Shown piece by piece: positions 1 through 8,738 of a stretch of DNA of 64,000 nucleotides (positions within the stretch are counted from its first letter, which is position 1; every line of letters begins with the position of its first letter). The DNA comes from a virus: IMG/VR virus record IMGVR_UViG_3300046817_000369; one strand, given 5' to 3'. The position numbers were made by a program, and so were the translations under genes. A model generated the notes under the pieces. That model worked only from the letters and a program-made list of their open reading frames with translations. It was not told the DNA's origin and ran no database searches.

Positions 1-2
1 AG

Positions 3-197
3 GAACGGGCGCGGCGCAACCTGATGCAGATCAGGCGCACGCGGGAGGCCGACATCGCGCGGCGCAGGGTGAGCATGGTGGATCAGATCAAGTTGTATAA
101 CGACAACCAGCTATCGACCTTCCTGGCCGGCAAGTCGGCGGCACGGTTGGCACAGCAGCGCGCGGCGCTCAGGCAGAGACGGTGGGGTGGCAGATGA
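3..197 (+). CDS. 5'-truncated ORF, probable C-terminus of terminase large subunit
   Basis: Open frame from base 3 (ERARRNLMQ...RQRRWGGR*) ending TGA 195-197, upstream of the portal region. Assignment rests on gene order and on the terminase N-terminus starting at 63408. Confidence 0.55.
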   Translation, partial: ERARRNLMQIRRTREADIARRRVSMVDQIKLYNDNQLSTFLAGKSAARLAQQRAALRQRRWGGR

Positions 198-454
198 TCC
201 GCCGCGGCTTCCTGCTTGGCCTGCTCGCGGCGCCCGCGATCATTCGTACGCCCGGCTTGCTGATGCCGGTGAGGCCGTTCCTTATTATTGAACCGCTGAT
301 TTCCGCGAACCAACCAATGTGGCAATTCGGAAACGACGAGTTGATCAGCATCACGCACCGGGCGTTGGTGCCGAAATTGTTCGTTCAGATGTATCAGGAT
401 AATCAACTACTGAAGATGCTCGCGAATGGTGGCGTGGAGGGCATTGTCACATGA
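194..454 (+). CDS. Small protein with Tat-like N-terminus and a segment resembling the major capsid N-terminal arm
   Basis: ATG 194 overlaps upstream TGA. Begins MIRRGFLLGLLAAPAIIR. Contains ELISITHRALVPKLFVQMY, 12/19 identical to capsid ELSSVVQRAFVRKLFVQLY. Confidence 0.65.
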   Translation: MIRRGFLLGLLAAPAIIRTPGLLMPVRPFLIIEPLISANQPMWQFGNDELISITHRALVPKLFVQMYQDNQLLKMLANGGVEGIVT

Positions 455-1044
455 TCCGCCGCCGCTATCGCTGCCCGTCGTGTCAGAGGGTGTTCGAGTA
501 TGACCATCATCCGAGTGTTGAGGCTGATCCGGTCTCGGCTTGCCCTTACACCGGTTGCGACGCCGCCGCCGGTTCCATGGCGCCCGCTTTGGTAATGCCG
601 CATATCGCTAAGTCCATCGGCAGGAACACCGATGCTTATTACCGCGAGATGGAGGCGGGCGCCGCGTTCCGCGCACAGATGGCGCAAGAGACCCACGGCC
701 TGACCACCGAGGAAGCGTCCGCGATCAAGATCACCGACATGCGGGACAACCTGAAGGAAGGCGAGATCGCGGCACCGCCGGTATCGGCCACACCGGGCGG
801 CCTCGGCTTCATCGACGGCGGGCCGATCGCGGCTGGCCTTCAGCAATCTGTCTTCGCCGGCCACCACGTCAACGCGGGCCTGGACGCCATGATGAAGCTG
901 CGCCAGGGCCACGCGCTCACGGCGGCCTCGCGGGTCGCCGCGGGCACCGAGCCGGGCAACAGCCGCGTCTTCGCCAATACCACCATGACCACCGAACTGC
1001 CCGCCAATGAGACCCAGGCACCGGGCTACAGGAGACGCCGCTGA
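451..1044 (+). CDS. Zinc-ribbon (FmdB-like) phage protein
   Basis: N-terminal YRCPSC...CPYTGC; coupled to neighbouring ORFs. Confidence 0.6.
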   Translation: MIRRRYRCPSCQRVFEYDHHPSVEADPVSACPYTGCDAAAGSMAPALVMPHIAKSIGRNTDAYYREMEAGAAFRAQMAQETHGLTTEEASAIKITDMRDNLKEGEIAAPPVSATPGGLGFIDGGPIAAGLQQSVFAGHHVNAGLDAMMKLRQGHALTAASRVAAGTEPGNSRVFANTTMTTELPANETQAPGYRRRR

Positions 1045-1286
1045 TGGCAACCGCCCCGTTGAGCGACGAGCAGGCTTACGTGGTGACGCTGCTGCGCGCG
1101 GCGGAGGCCGCCACGATCAAGCCGCACCGGTCGAACGAGCCGCTGATCATGCTCGGCAACCTGCCCATCTGCACCTGGCCCACGCTGTTCTCGCTGCTGG
1201 GCCGCGAAGTGCTGGTGCCCGACGAGGCGACCGGCGGCTACGCGCTCGCGCCGGCGTGGATCAAAGAACCGAAAGCAAAAACCTGA
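1044..1286 (+). CDS. Hypothetical protein
   Basis: 80 aa ORF with start/stop overlaps on both sides. Confidence 0.6.
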   Translation: MATAPLSDEQAYVVTLLRAAEAATIKPHRSNEPLIMLGNLPICTWPTLFSLLGREVLVPDEATGGYALAPAWIKEPKAKT

Positions 1287-3064
1287 TGGCCCGCCCCGGC
1301 AACGTCGTCCGCCTGAAAACCCGCGGCGCCTACTCGCCGCCCGAAGCCTTGTGGGGCCTGCCCGATGATGACCAGGGCATCATTCGCATCGCGCATGAAC
1401 TGATCGATATCTGCCGCTCCAACGTCGGCCAGCGGTCGGCCACCTATCGCGCCTATCACGACTTCGTGGAGGCTGGCCGCTTCGACAACACGAAGTCCAT
1501 GTGCAACCTGATGTTCGCGCTGCTGGACCGGCGCGCGGCCATGCTCTACTCGCCGACCGACATTCGGTTCAGCCTCGACTTCGAGAACGACTACGACAAG
1601 ATCACCAAGGAACGGGGCCGCGTGGTGACGCGCCTGCTGGGCCGGTCCTGGGAACGCACCAACACCGACACGCAGTTCGCCCAGGGCGTGTTCGAAAGCC
1701 TGAAATACGGCGCATCCATCCTCAAGCAATGGCCCGTCGTGTCCGGTTCCGACCGCCTGCCGGAATACCGCTCGGGACTGATCATGCCGTGGCAATTCGG
1801 CGTGTATCGCCCGGACATGGACGATCTGGACGAACAACCAGCCATGGTGGAAACCTCGACCATCACCCTGCCGGAAGTCTGGCGCCGCATCTGGCAACGC
1901 CCCGACGCGCGGGCGCTGTTCGAGCGGATCAAGTCCAACGCCGCCGGCAATCAGGGCAACATGGAGCAGTCCTGGAACCATCCGGTGCTGTCATCATCGC
2001 CGCTGCAGTTCGAGTCCGCGACGCGCCCGATGCCGGGTGGTGTGGTGGCGTTGACCTCGACCGGCGCCTTCGATGGCGCACGGCCCGATCCCGCCGCCCC
2101 GACCGTGGTATTCCACGAAATCTGGGTCTGGCACGGCGCGGACTATTCCACCATCCAGTTGATCGAGCCGGACATTCTGATCGCGCCATGGGCCAAGATG
2201 GGCAACATGCTGATCCAGGCCCAGGACAGCGGTCTGCACCCCTACACGCTGATCCAGGCGAACCAGCAGGCGGGCAATATCTGGGGCCGGTCGGAACTGG
2301 CCGATGTCATGTCCACGCAGGACTTCCTCAGCCAGACCATGACCGACCTACGGCAGTTGTTCGGGCTACAGGTGGATAAAATCCTCGCCATCACCGGCGA
2401 CGGCCTGACCGACGAGCAATACGGGCAGATGAAGACGGCGGGCTACATGAACCTGGGGCCGGGCGGCGCGGTCAACGATCTGACGCCGAAGATACCGCCG
2501 GAGACCCTGCCGCTGATCGAGCGGTTGATCGGCATCATCGACCTGATCGCGGGCTTCGACAACATGCTTTCGGGCAAGGGCGAATCGGGCGTGCGCTCGG
2601 GCGTGCAGGCCAATCCACTGATGAAGGTGGCGAGCGCGCGGTTGAAGGACGATAGCCTGTTGATCGAGCGGCAGTGCGCCAAGGCGGCGGATCTGCGGTT
2701 GTCGCTGATGGAGGCGAAGGACGGCCGCAAGTTTTGGCTGGACGCCGAGAAGATCGAGGAAACCGGTTTTCTGCTGACCGATATTCCGGACGACCGGCGC
2801 GTGGTGGTGGACGGTCACACGACCTCGCCGATCTTCGCCGATGAACACCAGAGTTTGCTGGTCGGCGGCTTGAAGATGGGCCTGGTGGACAAGCAATCGG
2901 CCATCGAGATGCTGCCGTTCCAGAACAAGGAGACGCTGATCGCGCGGATGAAGGAAGCGGCTGTGGCACAAGCGGCTCAGATGGCGGAACTGAAACGACT
3001 GGACCCGGAGGGTTACGCGCACGCCGCTGAAAAGGCGATCACCGGAGGGGCGAAGAAGAAGTGA
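1286..3064 (+). CDS. Portal protein (P22-like)
   Basis: ~590 aa from ATG 1286 (TGATG overlap). Size, helical character and position between terminase and scaffold/capsid. Confidence 0.75.
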   Translation: MARPGNVVRLKTRGAYSPPEALWGLPDDDQGIIRIAHELIDICRSNVGQRSATYRAYHDFVEAGRFDNTKSMCNLMFALLDRRAAMLYSPTDIRFSLDFENDYDKITKERGRVVTRLLGRSWERTNTDTQFAQGVFESLKYGASILKQWPVVSGSDRLPEYRSGLIMPWQFGVYRPDMDDLDEQPAMVETSTITLPEVWRRIWQRPDARALFERIKSNAAGNQGNMEQSWNHPVLSSSPLQFESATRPMPGGVVALTSTGAFDGARPDPAAPTVVFHEIWVWHGADYSTIQLIEPDILIAPWAKMGNMLIQAQDSGLHPYTLIQANQQAGNIWGRSELADVMSTQDFLSQTMTDLRQLFGLQVDKILAITGDGLTDEQYGQMKTAGYMNLGPGGAVNDLTPKIPPETLPLIERLIGIIDLIAGFDNMLSGKGESGVRSGVQANPLMKVASARLKDDSLLIERQCAKAADLRLSLMEAKDGRKFWLDAEKIEETGFLLTDIPDDRRVVVDGHTTSPIFADEHQSLLVGGLKMGLVDKQSAIEMLPFQNKETLIARMKEAAVAQAAQMAELKRLDPEGYAHAAEKAITGGAKKK

Positions 3065-3273
3065 GGATCAATCTGACCCGGAACAGGAAATGGTACTGCG
3101 GCCTGAACGCACGCCATCTGGTTTTCATGGTGCTTAGAACGAACCGTGTTCATCCGTTGAATAACGTGCCGTTGGAAACGACGTGCTGGTATGTCAGTCT
3201 GACCGAGTTTTCAGCGGGCAGATACGAAGTGGGGAAGCCTGATTGGGTGGACAGTCTGGGTAATGTGATATGA
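3061..3273 (+). CDS. Hypothetical protein
   Basis: GTG start overlapping portal stop; stop overlaps FkbM start. Confidence 0.45.
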   Translation: MRINLTRNRKWYCGLNARHLVFMVLRTNRVHPLNNVPLETTCWYVSLTEFSAGRYEVGKPDWVDSLGNVI

Positions 3274-3995
3274 GTCCCTGGATTGTTCTCGATTCCATCC
3301 ACGGTAAGTTCATCGTCAACCGGCATTGCGCCTATGTGGCGGAGTGGATCGTCAAAACCGGCGCCACGCACATCGAGGCCGAGATCGCGGCGCTCGTGGG
3401 CATCGCCAACACGTTGCCTGAGAAGTGCGTCATCGTGGACGCGGGCGCCTCGCACGGTCTGATCAGCGTGCCGTTGGCGAACACGGTAAAGGCGAAGGGC
3501 GGCGTGGTTCACGCCTATGAAATTCAGGAACCGTTCTGGCAAGCGTTGTGCGGAACGGTGGTATTGAATGATTTGGGGAACCTTATCGTGCATCCATCCG
3601 GCTTGTCGAATGTCGCCGGGTTTGTTCAAATGCCGATAATGGACTACTCAATACCCCAGGACTTTGGTTTGGTGTCGTTGAGGCAATCCAGTGACACAAA
3701 ATCCACCGATGTCATGGTATCATTAGTGGATGACTTTGGTTTTCGCCGCCTCGACCTCCTGAAAATCGACGTTGAGGGCATGGAATTCCAGGTTTTGACC
3801 GGCGCGCGGCGCTCTCTGGTGGAATTTCGGCCATGGGTCTGGTGCGAATACAATTTATCCGACGTTGACGCGCTGAAATCGTGTTTCGACGGCCTGGATT
3901 ACACGTTTTTTCGTTTCGATAAGCAAAATATGCTGTGCGCGCCAAGAAAACGGCTCGTGGAGTCGGGAATCAAGGTCGAAGCGGAGACGATGTAG
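3270..3995 (+). CDS. FkbM-family SAM-dependent methyltransferase
   Basis: VIVDAGASHG motif I, VHAYE, and LDLLKIDVEGMEFQVLTGA are typical of FkbM/Methyltransf_21. Confidence 0.85.
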   Translation: MSPWIVLDSIHGKFIVNRHCAYVAEWIVKTGATHIEAEIAALVGIANTLPEKCVIVDAGASHGLISVPLANTVKAKGGVVHAYEIQEPFWQALCGTVVLNDLGNLIVHPSGLSNVAGFVQMPIMDYSIPQDFGLVSLRQSSDTKSTDVMVSLVDDFGFRRLDLLKIDVEGMEFQVLTGARRSLVEFRPWVWCEYNLSDVDALKSCFDGLDYTFFRFDKQNMLCAPRKRLVESGIKVEAETM

Positions 3996-4001
3996 GCGGT
4001 T

Positions 4002-4190
4002 TCAGTCAATTCTCTGCTTTTCCAGCCACGCCTCGAACTCATTGACGGGATACTGATAGCGGGCGCCTATGCGATAGCAGGGCGGTCCCGATCCTGGCGC
4101 CTTGCGGGTCTTGCGAAGCCAGTCATACGACTTTTGCAACCGATCGCAGACCTCCTTGGAGCCAAGTCTTCGGGACATCGACGCTTCCAT
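4002..4190 (-). CDS. AlpA/excisionase-like HTH DNA-binding protein
   Basis: LGSKEVCDRLQKSYDWLRKTRKAPGSGPPCYRIGARYQYPVNEFEAWLE fits the MerR/Xis-type winged HTH pattern. Confidence 0.7.
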   Translation of the reverse strand: MEASMSRRLGSKEVCDRLQKSYDWLRKTRKAPGSGPPCYRIGARYQYPVNEFEAWLEKQRID

Positions 4191-4319
4191 GCGGCACCCT
4201 TTCACGCGGTAACGCGGTGTTAGACGCTTTCACGCGCGATTTCAACCAGTTGCTTATTTCCGCGCCACATCCGCACGGTCCTTCCGTCACCCGCATTCCG
4301 TGGGGGCAAGGAGAGAACG

Positions 4320-4376
4320 ATGATTCCCACCGATAAGGCCGCTCGCGCGCGCCGCCGTAAGGGCCGCCGGAAGTAA
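4320..4376 (+). CDS. Arg/Lys-rich micropeptide MIPTDKAARARRRKGRRK
   Basis: AGGAGAG RBS before ATG 4320; TAA 4374-4376. Too short for the ORF track. Confidence 0.6.
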   Translation: MIPTDKAARARRRKGRRK

Positions 4377-4423
4377 TTCCGCCGGCTCCCTCCAATGAAC
4401 CCCCTCACACCCAGGAGATCGAC

Positions 4424-4465
4424 ATGAACATTCGTTATCGTCGGCGCAAGCACGGCAGGCGCTAA
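4424..4465 (+). CDS. Arg-rich micropeptide MNIRYRRRKHGRR
   Basis: AGGAG RBS before ATG 4424; TAA 4463-4465. Confidence 0.6.
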   Translation: MNIRYRRRKHGRR

Positions 4466-4471
4466 GCCTTC

Positions 4472-4930
4472 GTGTCCGCTTCACTGACACCGCCTGGCGC
4501 CGGGGGCGGTATGCCTCCACCGCCGGGTGGTGCCCCCCCTGGTGGACCGCCAGGAGCGGGAGGACCGCCAGGCGGTGGCGCGCCCCCGATCGGCTCCTCG
4601 CCGATGACCGGCCCGACCCAGAACCTGGGTTCCATGGCCCAGGCGCAGAAACTGGCCGGGGCGATGGTCGATACCGTCGCCATGATCTTACCAAAAGTCG
4701 GCGCCTCGACGCCATTCGGCCAGGATCTGGTCAAGATCATGCAACTACTCGGCAAGCACGCTCAGGCCGGTGCCCCGCCCAGTGACGGGCTGCGGAACCT
4801 CGCCATGAAGCAGCAACAGAATCAGCCGCACGCCGCCGCGTTGCAGGCGTCCGCTCCTGGTGGCGGTGCCCCAGGCGGAATGCCGCCGGGCGGTGCGCCG
4901 AAACCCCCCATGACGCCCCCAGCGGCGTAG
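4472..4930 (+). CDS. Pro/Gly-rich low-complexity protein with a central helical segment
   Basis: GTG start; PPGG repeats flank AQAQKLAGAMVDTVAMIL...; in the head operon. Confidence 0.65.
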   Translation: MSASLTPPGAGGGMPPPPGGAPPGGPPGAGGPPGGGAPPIGSSPMTGPTQNLGSMAQAQKLAGAMVDTVAMILPKVGASTPFGQDLVKIMQLLGKHAQAGAPPSDGLRNLAMKQQQNQPHAAALQASAPGGGAPGGMPPGGAPKPPMTPPAA

Positions 4931-4940
4931 GAGAAATAAC

Positions 4941-5123
4941 ATGGCTGTTAGCGGTAGTATCTTTCAGGACCCGACTGCCAAGGTTCCCAAGTCGGACGGC
5001 CAGATCGTCCGCGTGGACATGGAGCAGCAGGACATTGGCGGGCGCAAGTCGCATCTCCCGAACGCCAACAAGGCGACCGACATGAACGTGACGCACGTCT
5101 CCGGCAACGGGCGCGGGGCGTAA
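4941..5123 (+). CDS. Small head-operon protein
   Basis: GGAGAA RBS; 60 aa; directly upstream of the scaffold. Confidence 0.65.
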   Translation: MAVSGSIFQDPTAKVPKSDGQIVRVDMEQQDIGGRKSHLPNANKATDMNVTHVSGNGRGA

Positions 5124-5126
5124 GCC

Positions 5127-5717
5127 ATGGCGCGGATCGAGGTCGAGGAAGCCGACTACAACGCCGCCGCCGGCGTGACCGCCGTGGTGCAGCGCATGAT
5201 GTCCAATCCGGCGGCCCGCAAGCTGATCCTTCAGGCCCGCAAGACCGTCGATCCGACCGTCTCGATCCCCGAAATCGACGCCGCCGCGCCGGTCAATGCC
5301 GCCGTGGACGATGTGCGCGGCGAACTGAACAAATTGCGCGCCGATCTGGCCGAACGCGACCGGGTGGCCGAGGAAGAACGCACGCTCGCGCGCTTCAACG
5401 CCAAATGGGAAGGCCAGGCGTCGCAGCTTCGCGCCGCCGGGTGGCGGCAGGCCGGCATCGACGCGGTGAAGACATTCGCCGAGGAAAACGGCATCGCCGA
5501 CCTCTCCATCGCCGCCGACGCCTGGCAGACCCGCAATCCGGCGCCCGCGCCATCCACGTCGGGCGGTAACTTCGGCCTGTTCGGCAATCGCGACGATGCC
5601 GAGGATACCTACGTCATGGACCTGATGAAGTCCGGCTCGCCCGGCGGCAACGTCGATGAGCGCCGGGTGGACAAGGAAATCGCCGCGGCCATCGCCGACG
5701 CGCGGGCCAACCGTTGA
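5127..5717 (+). CDS. Putative capsid scaffolding protein
   Basis: 196 aa acidic coiled-coil protein immediately upstream of the major capsid gene. Confidence 0.6.
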   Translation: MARIEVEEADYNAAAGVTAVVQRMMSNPAARKLILQARKTVDPTVSIPEIDAAAPVNAAVDDVRGELNKLRADLAERDRVAEEERTLARFNAKWEGQASQLRAAGWRQAGIDAVKTFAEENGIADLSIAADAWQTRNPAPAPSTSGGNFGLFGNRDDAEDTYVMDLMKSGSPGGNVDERRVDKEIAAAIADARANR

Positions 5718-5734
5718 AACAAGGAATCCAATAG

Positions 5735-6793
5735 ATGGCACTCGCGGGTTTAGGTGTTGCCCCTCCGGCGGGCGCCGCGTTCAACGAACTCTCATCGGTC
5801 GTGCAGCGCGCCTTCGTGCGAAAGCTGTTCGTGCAGTTGTATTTCGCCTCGCCCGGCCTGTTTTTCCTGTGGGGCAACGCGCAGCGCGCGGCGGGCGGTC
5901 TCAACCAGGTCACGATCCCGATGCAGGGCCAGTCCATGGTCCAGGGGCAGTTCACCAACTACGCGGGCGGCTTCAACGCTCCGGTGGTGATCCCGGCCAT
6001 TCAGAACGGCCAGTGGAACCTCGCCTACTGGGTGGTGCCGGTGCCGCTGATGTTCGGTGAAAGCATCCTGCAATCGACCGACACGGTGATCTCGCTGCTC
6101 AAGGCGAGGATGAACGATGTGTATGCCACCACGCGGCAGAACATCGCCACGCTGCTCTACAAGTCCTCGGTCGGCAACACGCCGCAGTTTCCGAACTCCC
6201 TGGCCGACGCCTTCGATGACGGCACCAACCTGCCGGTCTATGGCGGCATCAACCGAACCTCGGCGGGCAACGCAAACTTCAAGGGCCAGTACATCAACGC
6301 CGGCAACCCGTCTTCGTGGAACACCAATTTCACCACCGCGACGCTGGGTTGGAACCGCAAGGCGATGTCCAGCCTGCTGACCAAGATCACCGACACGGCG
6401 GGCGGCGAGGCACCGACCGCGATGATCATGAATCCCGCCGACTACGCCACGCTGAACAACGACATCATCGGCGTCGAACAGGTCCGCATTCAGCCGAACG
6501 GCAACTACAACCTCGATACCGACGTTCGCTCGTCCTTCCCCAACATCAACATCGCCGGCGTTCCGGTGTTCAGCGATCATTTCTGCCCGGTCGGCAATAT
6601 GTTCGCGCTGAACGTGAAATACACCACGTTCTACATCAGCGAGGACGCCGCGTTGGATTGGTCGGGGTTCCATAGTCTCGTGCCGCTTGGACAGATCGGA
6701 CAACAGGGGGTTTGCGTTTTGGGTTATCAGGTTGTGAGCGCGAAAAGTTCAAGTGGGGCCTGGGTCTTTGGTTTCGGCGGCGCATCGTTCTGA
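5735..6793 (+). CDS. Major capsid protein
   Basis: 352 aa; AAGGA RBS; NELSSVVQRAFVRKLFVQLY N-arm, YGGINR motif, strongly biased codons, position after scaffold. Confidence 0.85.
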   Translation: MALAGLGVAPPAGAAFNELSSVVQRAFVRKLFVQLYFASPGLFFLWGNAQRAAGGLNQVTIPMQGQSMVQGQFTNYAGGFNAPVVIPAIQNGQWNLAYWVVPVPLMFGESILQSTDTVISLLKARMNDVYATTRQNIATLLYKSSVGNTPQFPNSLADAFDDGTNLPVYGGINRTSAGNANFKGQYINAGNPSSWNTNFTTATLGWNRKAMSSLLTKITDTAGGEAPTAMIMNPADYATLNNDIIGVEQVRIQPNGNYNLDTDVRSSFPNINIAGVPVFSDHFCPVGNMFALNVKYTTFYISEDAALDWSGFHSLVPLGQIGQQGVCVLGYQVVSAKSSSGAWVFGFGGASF

Positions 6794-6805
6794 AGGAACA
6801 CTGAA

Positions 6806-7954
6806 ATGGCCAACATCATCCAGGCGCCGGGGGTTGGGCTTTCGGTCCCGTCCTTCCTCTACCCCTCCGAGATTTTCGGCGCCCCCATCGACGTGCCGAC
6901 CGGGCGCATCGCGTTTCCGGGCGCGTCCACCATTCCGCTGCCCGCCGGATCGAACTCCTATCTGTTCGACCTGGGCAACTACTCGTTCATGCAATACTTC
7001 GATCCGGTGATCGGCACGTGGCGTGCGTTCTCGACCGAACGGCAGGGGCATATTCAAACCCCATCGAACGGCGTTGATCTGCGAATCGCGAACCTGACGG
7101 GATGCCCGATTGCCGCGGTCGTGGTCAACGGCGGTTCCGGCTTCACGCAGGCCACCGCCACGGTCTCGGCGAACGTCGGCGGCTCCACGTGGCGGGCCAT
7201 CGTCGGCGGGCAGTTGTCGGTTTCCACCATCAACGCGGCCGGCGCCGGTTACACGATGCCGCCGCTGGTGCTGATCCCCGGCCCGCCCGCCTTCGCGTCC
7301 AATGGCGTCGGCGGCATTCCCGCTCGGGCCTATGCCATCCTGACCGGAACCTCCGTTACCACGGTCAGCCTGACCGAACTGGGCGCTGGCTACACGGTCG
7401 CGCCGACCGCCGTTTTGGTGCCGAACCCCGCCGATCCAAACATCGGTGCCATCACCCCGGCCACCATCACGCTGATCAAGGTCGCGGCGACCGCGGACGC
7501 CATCACCGCGGCGGTCTGCACCAACAACGGCAATGTCCTCGCCACCTTGTCCGCCCTCACTCTGACCGGGGCCGGCGGGGCGGGAAGCGGCTCATCCATC
7601 GTGCCGCAGGTGCTGCGGACCATTACCAGCACATCCGTTGTCGCTGGTGGTGTCGGTTTTGGCACCGCCACCGCGTTCGCCGGTGTCTCGTCCACGGGCG
7701 GGTTCTCGACGCCAACACCGGCATCGCTGGAACCGACCGCCGATCTGACCACGCTGCGGATCAGGCCCGCCTATGGCGTCGGCACCACCAACGCGGGCGG
7801 CACCATCACTGGCGTCACGTTGAACGATCCGGGCTTGTTCCTCTCCAATCCGACCGCCGTGATCACCGCCGGTGGCACGCTGCCGACAACGCTGGCCTCG
7901 ATCACGTTCGCGACCGGCGCGGGCGTGGACAGTATCATCTTCCAGCCGCTGTAA
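6806..7954 (+). CDS. Thr/Gly-rich virion structural protein with GxGY/FT beta-repeats
   Basis: Repeated NGGSGFT, AAGAGYT and ELGAGYT motifs; follows the capsid gene. Confidence 0.6.
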   Translation: MANIIQAPGVGLSVPSFLYPSEIFGAPIDVPTGRIAFPGASTIPLPAGSNSYLFDLGNYSFMQYFDPVIGTWRAFSTERQGHIQTPSNGVDLRIANLTGCPIAAVVVNGGSGFTQATATVSANVGGSTWRAIVGGQLSVSTINAAGAGYTMPPLVLIPGPPAFASNGVGGIPARAYAILTGTSVTTVSLTELGAGYTVAPTAVLVPNPADPNIGAITPATITLIKVAATADAITAAVCTNNGNVLATLSALTLTGAGGAGSGSSIVPQVLRTITSTSVVAGGVGFGTATAFAGVSSTGGFSTPTPASLEPTADLTTLRIRPAYGVGTTNAGGTITGVTLNDPGLFLSNPTAVITAGGTLPTTLASITFATGAGVDSIIFQPL

Positions 7955-8003
7955 CCCGTAACCCTGACCAGAGGGCAACCGCCGATGAGGGAGGGAATGC
8001 CAG

Positions 8004-8738
8004 ATGCTCGCTTCCTACCTCAGCCAGACCCGCAGACTGCTTCAGAACCCGGCCGCTCCGGTGCCGCTCTACAGCGACACCGATCTCACATTGGCGATCA
8101 ACGAGGCGCGCGTACAACTTGCTGCGGAAGCCGCGTGTATCCGGGTGATGGGAACGCTGGCGATCACGGCGACCAACCCCGGACCTTATCAGTTCGCGTC
8201 CATCAACACATCCTCTGCGGTGGGCGTCCTGGATGTCATCGCTGTCCGGACTATCTGGGTGCTCGTGGGATCGGGACAGGTGATGCTGCCGCCGCGGCCT
8301 TTCGAGTGGTTCTCCCTCTACACCCTCAACACGCCGGTTCCTGACCAGGCGGTTCCCAACATCTGGTCGCAGTTCGGCCAGGGTGCCAACGGCACGCTGT
8401 ATTTCAATGTGCCGGATCAGGATTACAGCCTGAATCTCGATACCGTGTGCCTGCCGATTCCGCTCGCGGACGATACCACGGTCGAGGCGATCCCGCCGTT
8501 GTGGCAGTCCGCCGTGCAGTATTACGCCACGTACACGGCGCTGCTCGGCGCCCAGACCGGCGCGCGGATGCAAGAAGCAGACAAGATGCTGGAACGGTAT
8601 GAATTGTTCGTGCAGCGGGCGCGTAAGTTCGCCACGCCGGAAGTGCTGTCCTCGCAATATAGTCAGGTGCCCAATCCTGTCCGCGCCAATCAGATCGGCG
8701 GTCCGCCGCAGCAAGGCCCGCAAGGGGCGGCGGCCTGA
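8004..8738 (+). CDS. Head-tail adaptor-like protein (paralogue 1)
   Basis: MLASYLSQTRRLLQ...DLTLAINEAR; C-terminal DDTTVEAIPPLWQSAVQYYA pattern of connector proteins. Confidence 0.6.
   Translation: MLASYLSQTRRLLQNPAAPVPLYSDTDLTLAINEARVQLAAEAACIRVMGTLAITATNPGPYQFASINTSSAVGVLDVIAVRTIWVLVGSGQVMLPPRPFEWFSLYTLNTPVPDQAVPNIWSQFGQGANGTLYFNVPDQDYSLNLDTVCLPIPLADDTTVEAIPPLWQSAVQYYATYTALLGAQTGARMQEADKMLERYELFVQRARKFATPEVLSSQYSQVPNPVRANQIGGPPQQGPQGAAA

Noticed and set aside
4002-4205. Evidence of a prophage excision module
   Set aside because: The Xis-like fold alone is insufficient; no integrase, att duplication or host flanking genes are present.
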